Source: Eledone cirrhosa
Lineage: Eukaryota
Direction of reading: 5' to 3'
Assembly (NCBI GenBank): GCA_964016885.1
Contig: OZ024742.1
Location: 276,334,001 to 276,398,000 of the forward strand
DNA: 64,000 nucleotides
In this document: positions 1 to 11,747 of the stretch, in pieces
Numbering within the stretch: the stretch's first letter is position 1
How the letters are laid out: each line of letters starts with the position of its first letter
The notes under the pieces: generated by a model
The model's database searches: none
Seen by the model: the letters and a program-made list of their open reading frames with translations, nothing else
Told to the model about the DNA's origin: nothing
Program-made: the position numbers and the translations under genes

Positions 1-20
1 AGAAGTATGTAATTGTTTAA

Positions 21-494
21 CCCTTTTGTTACCATATTTCTAATAAAAGACCCTGCTCGTGATTTTCGAATAATTTTGAAATAATCCAGTATTTGGAGGG
101 ATTTAGTAATATTACCAAATTTGTCATTATTAAGCTGGTCTTTGGAGTATAAGTTAACCCTTTAGTTACAAACCTGGCCAAAACCAGCTCTGCTTCTATG
201 AAATAAAACCACCTATTTTAAAGGTTTCCAATTTAAATTAAAATTTTCCAACATAATTTTATATAACAACCTTACATTAAGTTACTATCTTAGTAATAAA
301 ATAATTCATAATTTTAGTAAATCCCTCAAACGTCTTCATTAATTAATTAAATTAGAGTATATTTTATTAAAATATGATTATGAATGAGTTAAAAGTTCTT
401 AAATAAAATAATAATGGATGTGATAATAATAAACATCTAAACAAAAAGGAGTTTTGTATTGTAGAACCGGGTGGGCAGTTTGATATCAAAAGGG
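21..494. mobile_element. piggyBac-type MITE with a second copy (about 158-388) nested in an internal TTAA
   Basis: TTAA|CCCTTTTG at 17-28 and CAAAAGGG|TTAA at 487-498. Inner TTAA|CCCTTTAG starts at 154 and ends near GAG|TTAA at 386-392. Related copies lie at about 22510-22770, 25550-25740, 26280-26496 and 51548-51800. Confidence 0.6.
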
Positions 495-510
495 TTAAAG
501 TTCTACTTAC

Positions 511-528
511 AAATCAAAGTTAGATCCA
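511..528 (-). CDS. candidate 18-nt microexon of the minus-strand host gene (GSNFD in phase 2)
   Basis: Minus strand reads tttgtttgattttttttccAG|TGGATCTAACTTTGATTT|GTAAGTag: strong acceptor, perfect donor, length divisible by 3. Confidence 0.45.
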
Positions 529-1790
529 CTGGAAAAAAAATCAAACAAATTTAATTGCTCAAGATATAGATGACTGTTCAATATTTTTAAAGCTAGAAAT
601 GCTGATGGAATTCAATTATTTTTGTGCTTAGATATAATACCCCAGGTAATTTCCCTTGGACTTTCCATTGCTGATACTATTTAGTGGTCACAAATCCTGG
701 CAGAAGGAAGTGGAATTTGAACACAAAACATGCAGGTTTAGATCAGATACCACAAAGCCGCTCATCTGACTATTTAACAATTCTGCTTATCCACTGCCCT
801 TGTACTTGTACTTTATTTATTGAGTGTGTAAAGGATGAGAGGCAGTTTCCCTCAATGGAATTTGAGTACAGGAAGCTGGAACAAATTCCTAGGCACCTAA
901 TCCAATGCTCTAGTAACCCTGCCAATTTGCCAACCCATAAAAAGTATGGTTTTGTTTCTCTGTAAAAAAAACTATTATTATCATAATTGCTATTTCTAAC
1001 AGCATTGTTAGTGGTAATAATTTCTGAACAGATCCTCGACCAAAGCAATTGAAGAAAGATTCAGATTTGTTTCTTGTGCAAAGGAAAGTGTAATTATTCT
1101 ATACAGCTCGACACTTTTATCAATGAATAATGTATCTGGAGCAGTGGCATTTGATTCTGAATATTTTATGGATCTTTGATATTATTCCTAGTTTGCCTCT
1201 TCAGCATTATTGGTTTAACAGTTCACTTTTTCCCATGCTGTTATGGGTTGAACTAATTAAGTGCATGCAATAAATAAATTGGCTATATTATCTGAATCAA
1301 GTATACAAACAGCCATATCTTCATTTATATATAAGTTAATCAACTCTTTTAGGACTATAATTTAAATGAATTTAAATGACTATCATTTATCATCATTAGT
1401 TTTGTTTGTTTTTCCATGATGACATTGGTTGCACAAAATATTTTAAGGCAGAATTATACTGTTGGCTACTCTTCCTTATTCCAACCCTTGTTATTTTTAG
1501 GAAGCTATGTAGCCGGTAAGAGTGTCAGACACCATGAGTTGTAACAAGTTAAGACAATTTTTAAGACAATTTGAAATCTTTTCCACCATCGATTGATAAA
1601 AAAACAAGTTAAAATCATTTAGTTGTCCATTTGTAATATATGTTACGCTTTAGTTAAATACACACACACACATCTACATGTAAATACATAAACAGAAGGA
1701 AAGGGCTGGTGAAATGATATAGTGATGTGTGTTGCCTTTTTTTATAGTTTACATAGCCTATTCGTTTTTTTGTTAACCCTTTTATTACCA

Positions 1791-2317
1791 TAGGTGATCT
1801 AATTAGCAGTGGAGGAGGGTAGAAGATGGAAGAAGTTTTGAGAGCTACACCTTATGCTGACAACGAAAGCTTTCTCCATACAAACGAAAAGACAACTGTA
1901 TGATGCCTGTATGCAAAGTGTGATGCTGCATGGTAGTGAGGCATAGGCAGTGACTGCAGAGAATATGCCACAGTTGAAGAGAAATGAAGAAACCATGCTT
2001 TGATGGATGTGCAAAGTTAATGTGAGTGAATGGCAAAGCTTGGATGAGCTGAGAGAGAAACTGGGTTTAAGAGGAATCAGAAGTGGTGTACAAGAGACAA
2101 CTGTAATGGTATGGACATGTGATGCACATAGAAAATGATTGTTGAGTGAAGAAGTGTCAGAAAAGCTCAGTAGAAGGAAGCTGCAGATAGACCTAGGAAG
2201 ACCAGGTGGTGATAGCTGATCTCAAATCACTGAAACTCACAGGAGAGATGCAACCAATGAAAAGGACTTGTCCAACCTTTGCAAGTGTGGAAAAGCAGAT
2301 GTAAAAATGATGATGAT
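1791..2317 (+). mobile_element. degenerate RTE LINE 3' fragment inserted in a piggyBac-type MITE
   Basis: Decayed LYDACMQSVMLHGSE and WYGHVM motifs homologous to 17930-18536, ending in an (ATG)n tail. TTAACCCTTT lies just upstream at 1773. Confidence 0.85.
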
Positions 2318-2627
2318 TTCTAATGAAAAACATGTTTGGAATAATTTAAAGGTTCTTATATAAAATTATGGACTAAGGTTTTTAGATAAATATAAAAACT
2401 TGGTATCAAGTGAGGTCTTTGTACGATCTAACTGATGAGCAGTGGAATTCCGTTTATGCTGAACATAAACAAATATTACCCACCTGTGATGTCTAATATG
2501 AAGAAAAGGAAAGAAGCAAATTCATTCATTCACACATATATGAGGGATTTAGTAAAATAACTGTAACTTTGTGTGTGTGTTGCTGTTTCGAACTATGTCA
2601 ACCCCAGACAAGCAAACCTATGATTAA

Positions 2628-2833
2628 CCCTTTAGCATTTACATTACTCTATATTTACTATTATATTTTCACAGTAAAGGCTTTATCTCACATGATATCG
2701 AAGCTACAAGATTTTGATCTTATTTATTTTGAGAACAATACCTTAACATAAGTATAAGCAGCCAGTTATGGCCAGTTTGAAAAGAAAGATGAGAGAATTC
2801 TGGCTGGATACAGCTGGTTTAAATGTTAAAGGG
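2628..2833. mobile_element. piggyBac-type MITE (second family)
   Basis: TTAA|CCCTTTAGCATTT...AAATGTTAAAGGG|TTAA. Homologous copies at 26548-26734 and 30732-30932. Confidence 0.8.
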
Positions 2834-3192
2834 TTAAAACCATTCCAACCATAACCATCCCATATTTTAGAGGTATCCAGAACTATACATAATCCAGTGT
2901 GGTCTTCCTATTTTAAGATGGGCAAAGATGTGGTGGGGTTGATTTGAGGGAGCTATTTCAAGCAAGTTGATGTTGACTGACTGGAATCTCATGACATTCA
3001 TATGAGAATTCACACAAGATTTTAATTTAATTTAACTCTTTCATTACCATATTTCTAGTGAAATACATCATATTCTAATTAATTAATGAAGAATTTGGAG
3101 GAATTATTAATTATTGCATTATCAATATTGCATTTGTAATACAAATTAAGAAACATTACCTATCTAAAATTCTGTTGGAATGTCTTAATTTA

Positions 3193-3660
3193 ACATCATT
3201 TTAACATCCACATTCCCTGCTAGCAAGGGTTGGACGGGTCTATACAGACCAAGTCAATAATGAAGCAGGGCTACAGATCTCTCAGACAGGCCACTGATCT
3301 GTCTCATTTATGTACGGTCTCACATTCTACCAGGTACACAAGAGAGGTTATCATGTCTTTGATGCAACTGAGGGTCCTCCCAACCCTTTGTTTGGCAAGC
3401 TTTCTACAGCTGGATGCCCTTATGAACCGCTTAACAGCGTGTACTGGGTGTATTTATTACCTAGATCACCAACACTAGGGAGGCTGTCATGTTCTTGATA
3501 TGACTGAAGAGTCCTCCCAACCCTTTGTTTGGCAAGCTTTCTATGGTTGCATGCCCTTCCTATCACCAACCACTTTACAGCGAATATTGGGTGCAGTTAT
3601 CATGTTGATCACCAACAAGAGAGGTTAGGTTACCATACCGGGGCATTACTGAAGGGACCC
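3193..3660 (-). mobile_element. non-autonomous RTE-derived element (RTE 3' tip plus UTR-like repeats)
   Basis: CATCATTTTAACATCC tail and repeated GGATGCCCTT...ACCAACCACTTTACAG motif. Close homologue at 42405-42712. Confidence 0.65.
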
Positions 3661-4149
3661 CCTCCCCCCCAACTGTTTTCATTATGTTTTTTCTTTCTCT
3701 CATGGAGATAAGAACACTAAGTGCTGGAAAGAATAGCTAAGGAATGAAAGTGGATGGCCATGGGTAGGGTGCAGGGAGAAGTTACTAAAGTGTGATAGTG
3801 AGGGTATCTAAGGGTTTTAGGGAGGGGGGGGTACAGCAGATAAGGGATGAATACAGGAAGGGGTACATAATAATGCTGAGGATAGCTACTGAGGAGTGCT
3901 AATGGAGGAAGCATGGGTGAAATGTGTGGTGTATAAGAGTGAGGAGAGTGGCCTCAAGGGTGGGGGGTGGGGAGGTCTAGAGACTAGACTTTTAAGGAGG
4001 CAGCAGCTATGAATGAGTATGAGAGGAGGCATGAGTGTGTGTGGCGGAGGTGGTGTGGTGGTGTTGAGAATAGCTGTTTGTGAGTGCTAGTAGGATGTCG
4101 GGGAACAGGGATGAGTTGAAAGGCTTAAAAGTAAAGTAGGGTATTTGGG

Positions 4150-4400
4150 TATTTAACACCATTTGCCGATCTCGGCCCCTCCTGGGAAGAAGAGGGTGAA
4201 GTCTATTTTGATTGTATGCCCTCTGATCACGTGGTTGGTTGGTTTCTTGAAATTTGTGTTACAGATCATTAAATCGAGACCATCACAGAACTCCAGAAGC
4301 CTGGTCCCCTTCTCATTTATTATGCCATAACTATAGCCTTCATGCATGCCAAGGAATCCATCATGATGTTTCTCAGTCTGTAGGAGGGCCTCATAGAAAT
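4150..4400 (-). mobile_element. RTE LINE apurinic endonuclease fragment
   Basis: Translation GYSYGIINEKGTRLLEFCDGLDLMICNTNFKK matches the endonuclease region of the element at 15461 onward. Confidence 0.8.
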
Positions 4401-4419
4401 GGCCTTTTTATATATATAC

Positions 4420-4504
<85 letters not shown>

Positions 4505-4697
4505 GATAAATCTACCAAGAGTTTACGGTAGTGTCCAATCCGTATGAAGAACTCAATGTATTCCGGATATCATGGAAAGAAGAGATGTAATGAAAAATCA
4601 CTTTCGGTGAAAGATAAACGGTATACAGAGTCAAGATAAAATATTAAACAAATAATGAATAAACAATGAAACAGTTCCTTATATTAAACAAAAAAAG

Positions 4698-4851
4698 TTC
4701 ATTATTTAACGATCGTTTCTAGGATATATATGTGTTAGAATTGGCATGCATATTCAACAGATCTATGTACAAAATTATACAAAATTATACAAACTATCAA
4801 GATTAAATATACATACCAACACATATATACGCCGTCTTCAGAAATAATGAA
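4698..4851 (-). ncRNA. type-I hammerhead ribozyme motif (left arm)
   Basis: Reverse complement of the motif at 8139-8292. Confidence 0.65.
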
Positions 4852-5319
4852 ATATATTTATTGATAATAACAACAATTCAAAATTTCAGGTTCGTTTGGG
4901 AACAAAATTGACCAATGAAAATACAAAAGGTTTAATGCAGTTCGGTGTGTGTATATACATGTAACTACCCTTACACATATTTTACAAAAATGCATGCACA
5001 ACTTGTATACGCATACCAAAAGGATGGATGCAAATACAAAATTTCAAGGTTAATGTCTCTGTAAGTTTATAATGCACAGATAAGATGCGTATAGACACAT
5101 AAATATGAAATAAGTGTATACACATATTCACATACTCACACATATCCGTACAATCACACACACACGCGCGTATATGCATAAACATACACATAACTACGAA
5201 TATACAAACACACACACACCCCCACTCACATATATATATGTGGATATAAAATCCTAAGCACATGGATATTAATTCACTCACATAAACACTGGCACACACA
5301 TTTAGATCAAGATACAGAA

Positions 5320-5478
5320 ATTAGGTGGGAGGGGGGGAGAGGTCAGTATTCAACGGTTTGGGCAGACTGCTTAATATAGATGTATCTATAAACTAAGAAA
5401 ATAAAAAATAATAAATAATAAATAAACATTAAAAAGGAAAGAAAAGAAAAAGAAAAAAGAAAAAAGAAATATATCAAG

Positions 5479-5528
<50 letters not shown>

Positions 5529-5676
5529 CACATATATACACATATATATATATATATACACTTATACAAACACATACATACATATACACACATCCACACT
5601 TAGAACATACATACACACACATATATAAACATATATATATACACACATACATACATATGCACACATACATATAAAT

Positions 5677-5725
<49 letters not shown>

Positions 5726-6026
5726 CATACACATATAATCACACATACTATATAGACACACATATATATACACACATACACGCACATATACATACACTTA
5801 CATACTTATATACATACAGATATACACATACATACCTATATATACATACAAATACATACAGACATACATACATACATACAGACAAATACTTACGCATCTA
5901 TATATCGGTATATACATACAAACACCACTACACTCTCACACAACTCAGACATACAAAGAAAAAGGTATATACCTATACACATATACATATACAAATAGAG
6001 AAACATATACATATATATATATATAT

Positions 6027-6063
<37 letters not shown>

Positions 6064-6259
6064 CACATACACACACATACACATACATTCACATACATAC
6101 ATGTACACACACATAGATATATATACACAAACACACATACACACATACATATATAGTCATACACACACATACACCTACACGAACATACACATACACATAT
6201 ATAAAGATATATATACACACACACACACACATACACACACACACATATATATAAAATAA

Positions 6260-6308
<49 letters not shown>

Positions 6309-6474
6309 CATATACATACACACATACATAGACATACATGTACATACATACACATACATAGATACATACACACACATACATACATATATATATATACACA
6401 CACATAGACATATACATACATACACACACAACATACATACACACATATATACACGCATTAATAGAGATATATAT

Positions 6475-6515
<41 letters not shown>

Positions 6516-6720
6516 TATATATACCCACACACACATACAACCATAAATACACATACAAACACCCACATATACATATATATACACATATATATATATACAC
6601 ACACATAAAAAACAGACATGCACATATATATTTTTTTACACATATATATACACATATATATACATATACACACCCTCACATATACACACATACACATAAG
6701 TTATATTATAATAATAAATA

Positions 6721-6771
<51 letters not shown>

Positions 6772-6966
6772 CGAATATAGACATATATACACACTCACAT
6801 ATATATGTGTGTGCACACACACATATATACACATACACACATATACACATAAACACATATATGTGTATACATGCACACACACACATATATCCACATAGAT
6901 ACGAAGATAGACATATAAATAGAGAGACATACATATATATACACACACACATATACATACATACAT

Positions 6967-7009
<43 letters not shown>

Positions 7010-7260
7010 CACACATACACATACACATATATATACACATGCATATATACACATATACACATACATACACACATATATATATATACACACACACAATCTT
7101 ACATTCTTATTTGCATGCGCATATATGTATTTTTATATTCAGATATAAATACCCAAACATATATACACCTACCTACATATATATTCATACATACACGCTT
7201 ACAAACACAGATGATAATAGTATGGGGGAAAGGGGGGGGGGGGTGAGAAGGGGATTATAG
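5320..7260. repeat. compound (TA)n/(CA)n/(TACA)n microsatellite block
   Basis: Seen directly; source of the YIYI/CVCV pseudo-ORFs. Confidence 0.95.
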
Positions 7261-8138
7261 TAAATATATGTTTCAAGAAACATAGAATATTATCCGTATC
7301 TGGATCCAATGTATGTTTTTACATAGTTTCAGTGTTAGGAAATACAATAAACAAGAAATAAGGCAAAATTTATGCATTTCAAAATAAATAAGTATACCAT
7401 TAATTATATGTTAACTAAACTAAAGATAGTTAACATATTGATTTCTAAGGTGTAAATTAGTTAGGTTTATAATATTTGAAGCAGAATTTTGAAGTTAAAT
7501 AGTAGTAGAGTATTAATTATAGTATAACTAAATTAAAGTTAATAACGTTATGGTATCAATATTAGGAAATGAATTTAGTAATAGGGAAAAAACAAATAAA
7601 GTATTACATCGGTAGTAGAATATAAATTATAGGTTAACTAAATTAAAAATTATATATTTATTTCTATAATTTCTGTATCTTGATCTAAATGTGTGTGCCA
7701 GTGTTTATGTGAGTGAATTAATATCCATGTGCTTAGGATTTTATATCCACATATATATATGTGAGTGGGGGTGTGTGTGTGTTTGTATGTTCGTAGTTAT
7801 GTGTATGTTTATGCATATACGCGCGTGTGTGTGTGATTGTACGGATATGTGTGAGTATGTGAATATGTGTATACACTTATTTCATATTTATGTGTCTATA
7901 CGCATCTTATCTGTGCATTATAAACTTACAGAGACATTAACCTTGAAATTTTGTATTTGCATCCATCCTTTTGGTATGCGTATACAAGTTGTGCATGCAT
8001 TTTTGTAAAATATGTGTAAGGGTAGTTACATGTATATACACACACCGAACTGCATTAAACCTTTTGTATTTTCATTGGTCAATTTTGTTCCCAAACGGAC
8101 CTGAAATTTTGAATTGTTGTTATTATCAATAAATATAT

Positions 8139-8292
8139 TTCATTATTTCTGAAGACGGCGTATATATGTGTTGGTATGTATATTTAATCTTGATAGTTTG
8201 TATAATTTTGTATAATTTTGTACATAGATCTGTTGAATATGCATGCCAATTCTAACACATATATATCCTAGAAACGATCGTTAAATAATGAA
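8139..8292 (+). ncRNA. type-I hammerhead ribozyme motif with long stem II (right arm)
   Basis: Stem I TTCATTATTT/AAATAATGAA; core CTGAAGA (8149-8155) and GAAA (8271); stem II TATATATGTGTTGG/CTAACACATATATA; palindromic stem III AACGATCGTT; GUU cleavage triplet. The base of stem II is non-canonical. Confidence 0.65.
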
Positions 8293-8503
8293 CTTTTTTT
8301 GTTTAATATAAGGAACTGTTTCATTGTTTATTCATTATTTGTTTAATATTTTATATATATATATATATATACATATATATATACATATGTATATACATAT
8401 GTATATATATATGTAAATATATATCTATAGACATATGTATATATATATGTATATATATGTATATAGACATATGTATATATATATATGTATATATATGTAT
8501 ATA

Positions 8504-8536
<33 letters not shown>

Positions 8537-8539
8537 CTA

Positions 8540-8742
8540 TCTAAGGCGGGTAAAATTCCCGAGATCCATGGACGAGTTCTCTCCAGCGGTCTCTGTCCCT
8601 CATTATCGCTGCCATATCCTGCATCTCCAACAGACCAGTGTCTGTCCTTAGGGCATCAACATATGTTAACCTTGGTCTTCCTCTTCTAGTGTGTCCATGT
8701 AGGGGCTCCCAAAGGAGCACTGAGTGCAATGTCAACTCTGGA
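8540..8742 (-). mobile_element. RTE-group LINE 3' end (different family)
   Basis: Translation LLWEPLHGHTRRGRPRLTYVDAL...[11 protein letters not shown] is a typical RTE C-terminus. Inserted in (TA)n. Confidence 0.8.
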
Positions 8743-8882
8743 CATATATATATATATATAGATGTATATAAGTATATATATATATATAAGATGTATATAA
8801 GTATATATATATGTATATATCAGAAACAAAATGGCATAGGACAGAACAAAGGAGAGGCACAGAAACAAAGAAAGGAATCCCC

Positions 8883-8927
8883 AGTCACTGAAGAGGTCAC
8901 AGAGTGTGTGACGAAAGAACTATGACT
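8883..8927 (+). ncRNA. minimal type-I hammerhead ribozyme motif in a short Penelope-like fragment (about 8821-9135)
   Basis: AGTCA CTGAAGA G GTCACA gagtg TGTGAC GAAAG aa CTA TGACT: stem I AGTCA/TGACT, stem II GTCACA/TGTGAC, 2-bp stem III, CUA triplet. Confidence 0.65.
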
Positions 8928-9152
8928 ATATATAAACAACTATCTGGTTGTGGAACCAACCAACCAACCAGAAATTTATAAATTTGTAAATTTATAAATA
9001 TATAATAAATTGAAGTGAAAGCAACTGGTGCGTGTGTTTCTTATTGGCAACATGACCCTCCCAAAGTATAACAATATCGGTTTCAACACACGATTTCAGA
9101 TAAAGAATCTTGCTAAACAAATTCAGAAACGAAATATATATATGTATATATA

Positions 9153-9205
9153 CCCATGCTAGCGTGGAAGAACGGACGTAAAACGGTGATGATGATGGTG
9201 ATGAT

Positions 9206-9263
<58 letters not shown>

Positions 9264-9410
9264 TATGTATATCATCATCATCATCATCAACGTTTAACGT
9301 CCGTGTTCCACGCTTGCATGGGTTTGGACGGGGGTAGTCCCACTTGAAGCAAGAGTGATTGTCTTGCTCGCATAGGACTGTCTGGCAGGTTTTCTACAGT
9401 TGGATGCCCT
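9153..9410. mobile_element. two very short RTE 3'-tip insertions in opposite orientation (9153-9207 plus, 9270-9410 minus)
   Basis: CCCATGC.AGCGTGGA...CGGACGT.AAACG plus (TGA)n tails, matching 13448-13507. Confidence 0.75.
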
Positions 9411-9412
9411 TG

Positions 9413-9523
<111 letters not shown>

Positions 9524-9665
9524 TTATGTAATAAACATCATACGGCAATTATTTCATTTACAGTGGTTTCTTAAAAGCAAAAAAATGTTGCTTTCAATCA
9601 TCAGAATGAAAAAATCCTGGTTATATGTATACATATATATGTATATATATATATACATATATATG

Positions 9666-9696
<31 letters not shown>

Positions 9697-9705
9697 GTAT
9701 ATATG

Positions 9706-9736
<31 letters not shown>

Positions 9737-9759
9737 GTATATATGTATATATATATATA

Positions 9760-11620
9760 TCATCATCATCATCATCGTTTAACGTCCATGTTCCACGCTT
9801 GCATGGGTTTGGACGGGAGTTTTCCCACTTGAGGCAAGAGTGGTTGTCTTGCTCGCATAGGACTGTCTGGCGGGTTTTCTACAGGTGGATGCCCTTCCTA
9901 ACACCAACCACATTTACAGTGTGGGGCTGGGAGGTTTTTACCGTGTTGCCTACATGAGCACATTACAGCGTGGACTCTCTGGCGGGTTTTCTACAGCTGG
10001 ATGCCCTTCTTAACACCAACCACATTTACAGTGTGGGACTGGGAGGTTTTTACCGTGTTACCTACACGGCCACATTACAGCGTGGACTGTGTGTTTTTTT
10101 TGTCATGTCATGACACCTACACGATCTAATGTTTCGGCCTGGATGTTGTGGCACCAACATAACTTTACATTGAAAGGGGCGGTGTGGATGGGGTGGGGAT
10201 GGTGGGACGGGGGTGTATTTTGTTAGAGATGCCTGCTGGCTGTAGTAGGTCTTACTTTGTATTTAGGTAAGGCGGGTCTTCTCTATTACTGAGTACCGCC
10301 AAAGGTCTCGGTCCAGTGACATTGTCTTGGAGAGGTGTAAGTGTGTGAGGTCGGAATTTATCAGCTCGTCCCAGGTTTTTCTGGGTCTGCCTACTCAGTG
10401 GCTACCGTCTATCTTTATTGCCCTGCACTTTGCTATACAGCTGTCGTCTTTCATGCGCATCATGTGACCATACCAACGTAGCCTTCTCTCGAGTAAACAA
10501 CATCTGATCCCTCTTATTTCTAATTTTTTCCTTAGTTCGTTTATGCTTTGCCGTTCACGTATATTACTATTACACATCCAGCGGAGCATACAAGCTTCGT
10601 TCCTCTCTAGTCTGCGTATATCCTCTGCACACAATGCCCAGGTCTCACTGCCATGCAACATTGCTGTTCGTATGCAGGCATCATACATCCTGCCTTTCAT
10701 TTTTAGGGAGAACCCTTTAGCGGCCAATAGTGGTATAAGCTCTCTGAACTTTTTCCATCCAGTTCTGACTCTAGCTACTGTACTTTCAGAGCACCCTCCC
10801 CCACTGCTGATTTTGTCAACCAGGTAACGGAAGCTGTCCACTATTTCTATAGAACCCTCTGCGCAATTGAAAGAGCTAGTATTTTGTGGGCACTTGCTGC
10901 TACTTATTGCACCAGAGCACCGGCCACATGTAAAATCTGTGTTCTTAGTTAGCTTACCTGTGATCCCACTACATCTTTTATGCACCCATACTTTGCATTT
11001 GGGACATAAAATGGAGTTTCTACCTACTCCTTTCCTACACACTGAGCATGGCCATTTTCCGGAAGGGACCGGCGCCTTATTTTCTTTCCTACAAACTAGA
11101 ACTTTAGTCTTAGCCAGATTAATTTTAAGGCCTTTTGATTCTAGGCCGTGCTTCCATGTTTGGAATTTCTCTAGCTCGGCCATTGATTCAGCTATGAGCG
11201 TTAGATCATCTGCGTATAGGAGTTCCCATGGGCAGCCGGTCTTGAACTCCTCTGTTATAGCCTGAAGGGCAATAATAAATAGTAGGGGGCTAAGAACAGA
11301 GCCCTGATGGACACCAACTTTTACGCTAAACTCTTCACTATATTCGTTGTTAATTCTAACCTTGCTGACTGTTTCTTTATACATGGCTTGTATAGCTCTC
11401 ACAAGCCATTCGTCAACCCCTAGTTTTCTAAGAGCCCACCAGGTAATGGAGCGGGGGACTCTGTCGAAGGCTTTCTCCAAGTCGACAAAAGCTAAGTAGA
11501 GGGGTTTACCTTTAGCTAGGTACTTCTCCTGTAGTTGTCGTACAATGAAAAGAGCGTCTGTGGTACTTTTGCCTGACACAAACCCGAACTGCATTTCATC
11601 TAGGTCAATTCTCTCTCTGA
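9760..11620 (-). mobile_element. 5'-truncated RTE LINE (family A): RT, PHD-like finger, C-terminus and 3' UTR with an internal duplication
   Basis: ORF 10395-11639 has [34 protein letters not shown] and FRYL motifs. (CAT)n tail at 9760. Confidence 0.95.
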
Positions 11621-11655
11621 TGTATATATATATATACATACATACATATATATAA

Positions 11656-11734
<79 letters not shown>

Positions 11735-11747
11735 TATATATATATAC

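Larger units (their letters stand above)
4503..8355. mobile_element. non-autonomous Penelope-like element with inverted pseudo-LTRs (arms about 4636-5322 and 7667-8355) around a microsatellite-rich core
   Basis: The ~690-bp arms are reverse complements with only about 2 visible mismatches. Each carries a hammerhead motif, and the element is flanked by (TA)n. No RT ORF. Confidence 0.6.

Noticed and set aside
596-1200. Higher-complexity segment with ORFs 684-965 and 770-1048
   Set aside because: No recognisable motif or splice sites, and stops in all frames. Possibly an old repeat; unresolved.
2432-2470. CTGATGA-GCA...TGC-TGAAC hammerhead-like string
   Set aside because: The GAAA core is broken and no stem I or III partner was found.
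4982-8008. Twin 105-aa ORFs at 4982-5299 (minus) and 7691-8008 (plus)
   Set aside because: They are the two arms of the inverted repeat; low-complexity TG-rich translation with no domain.
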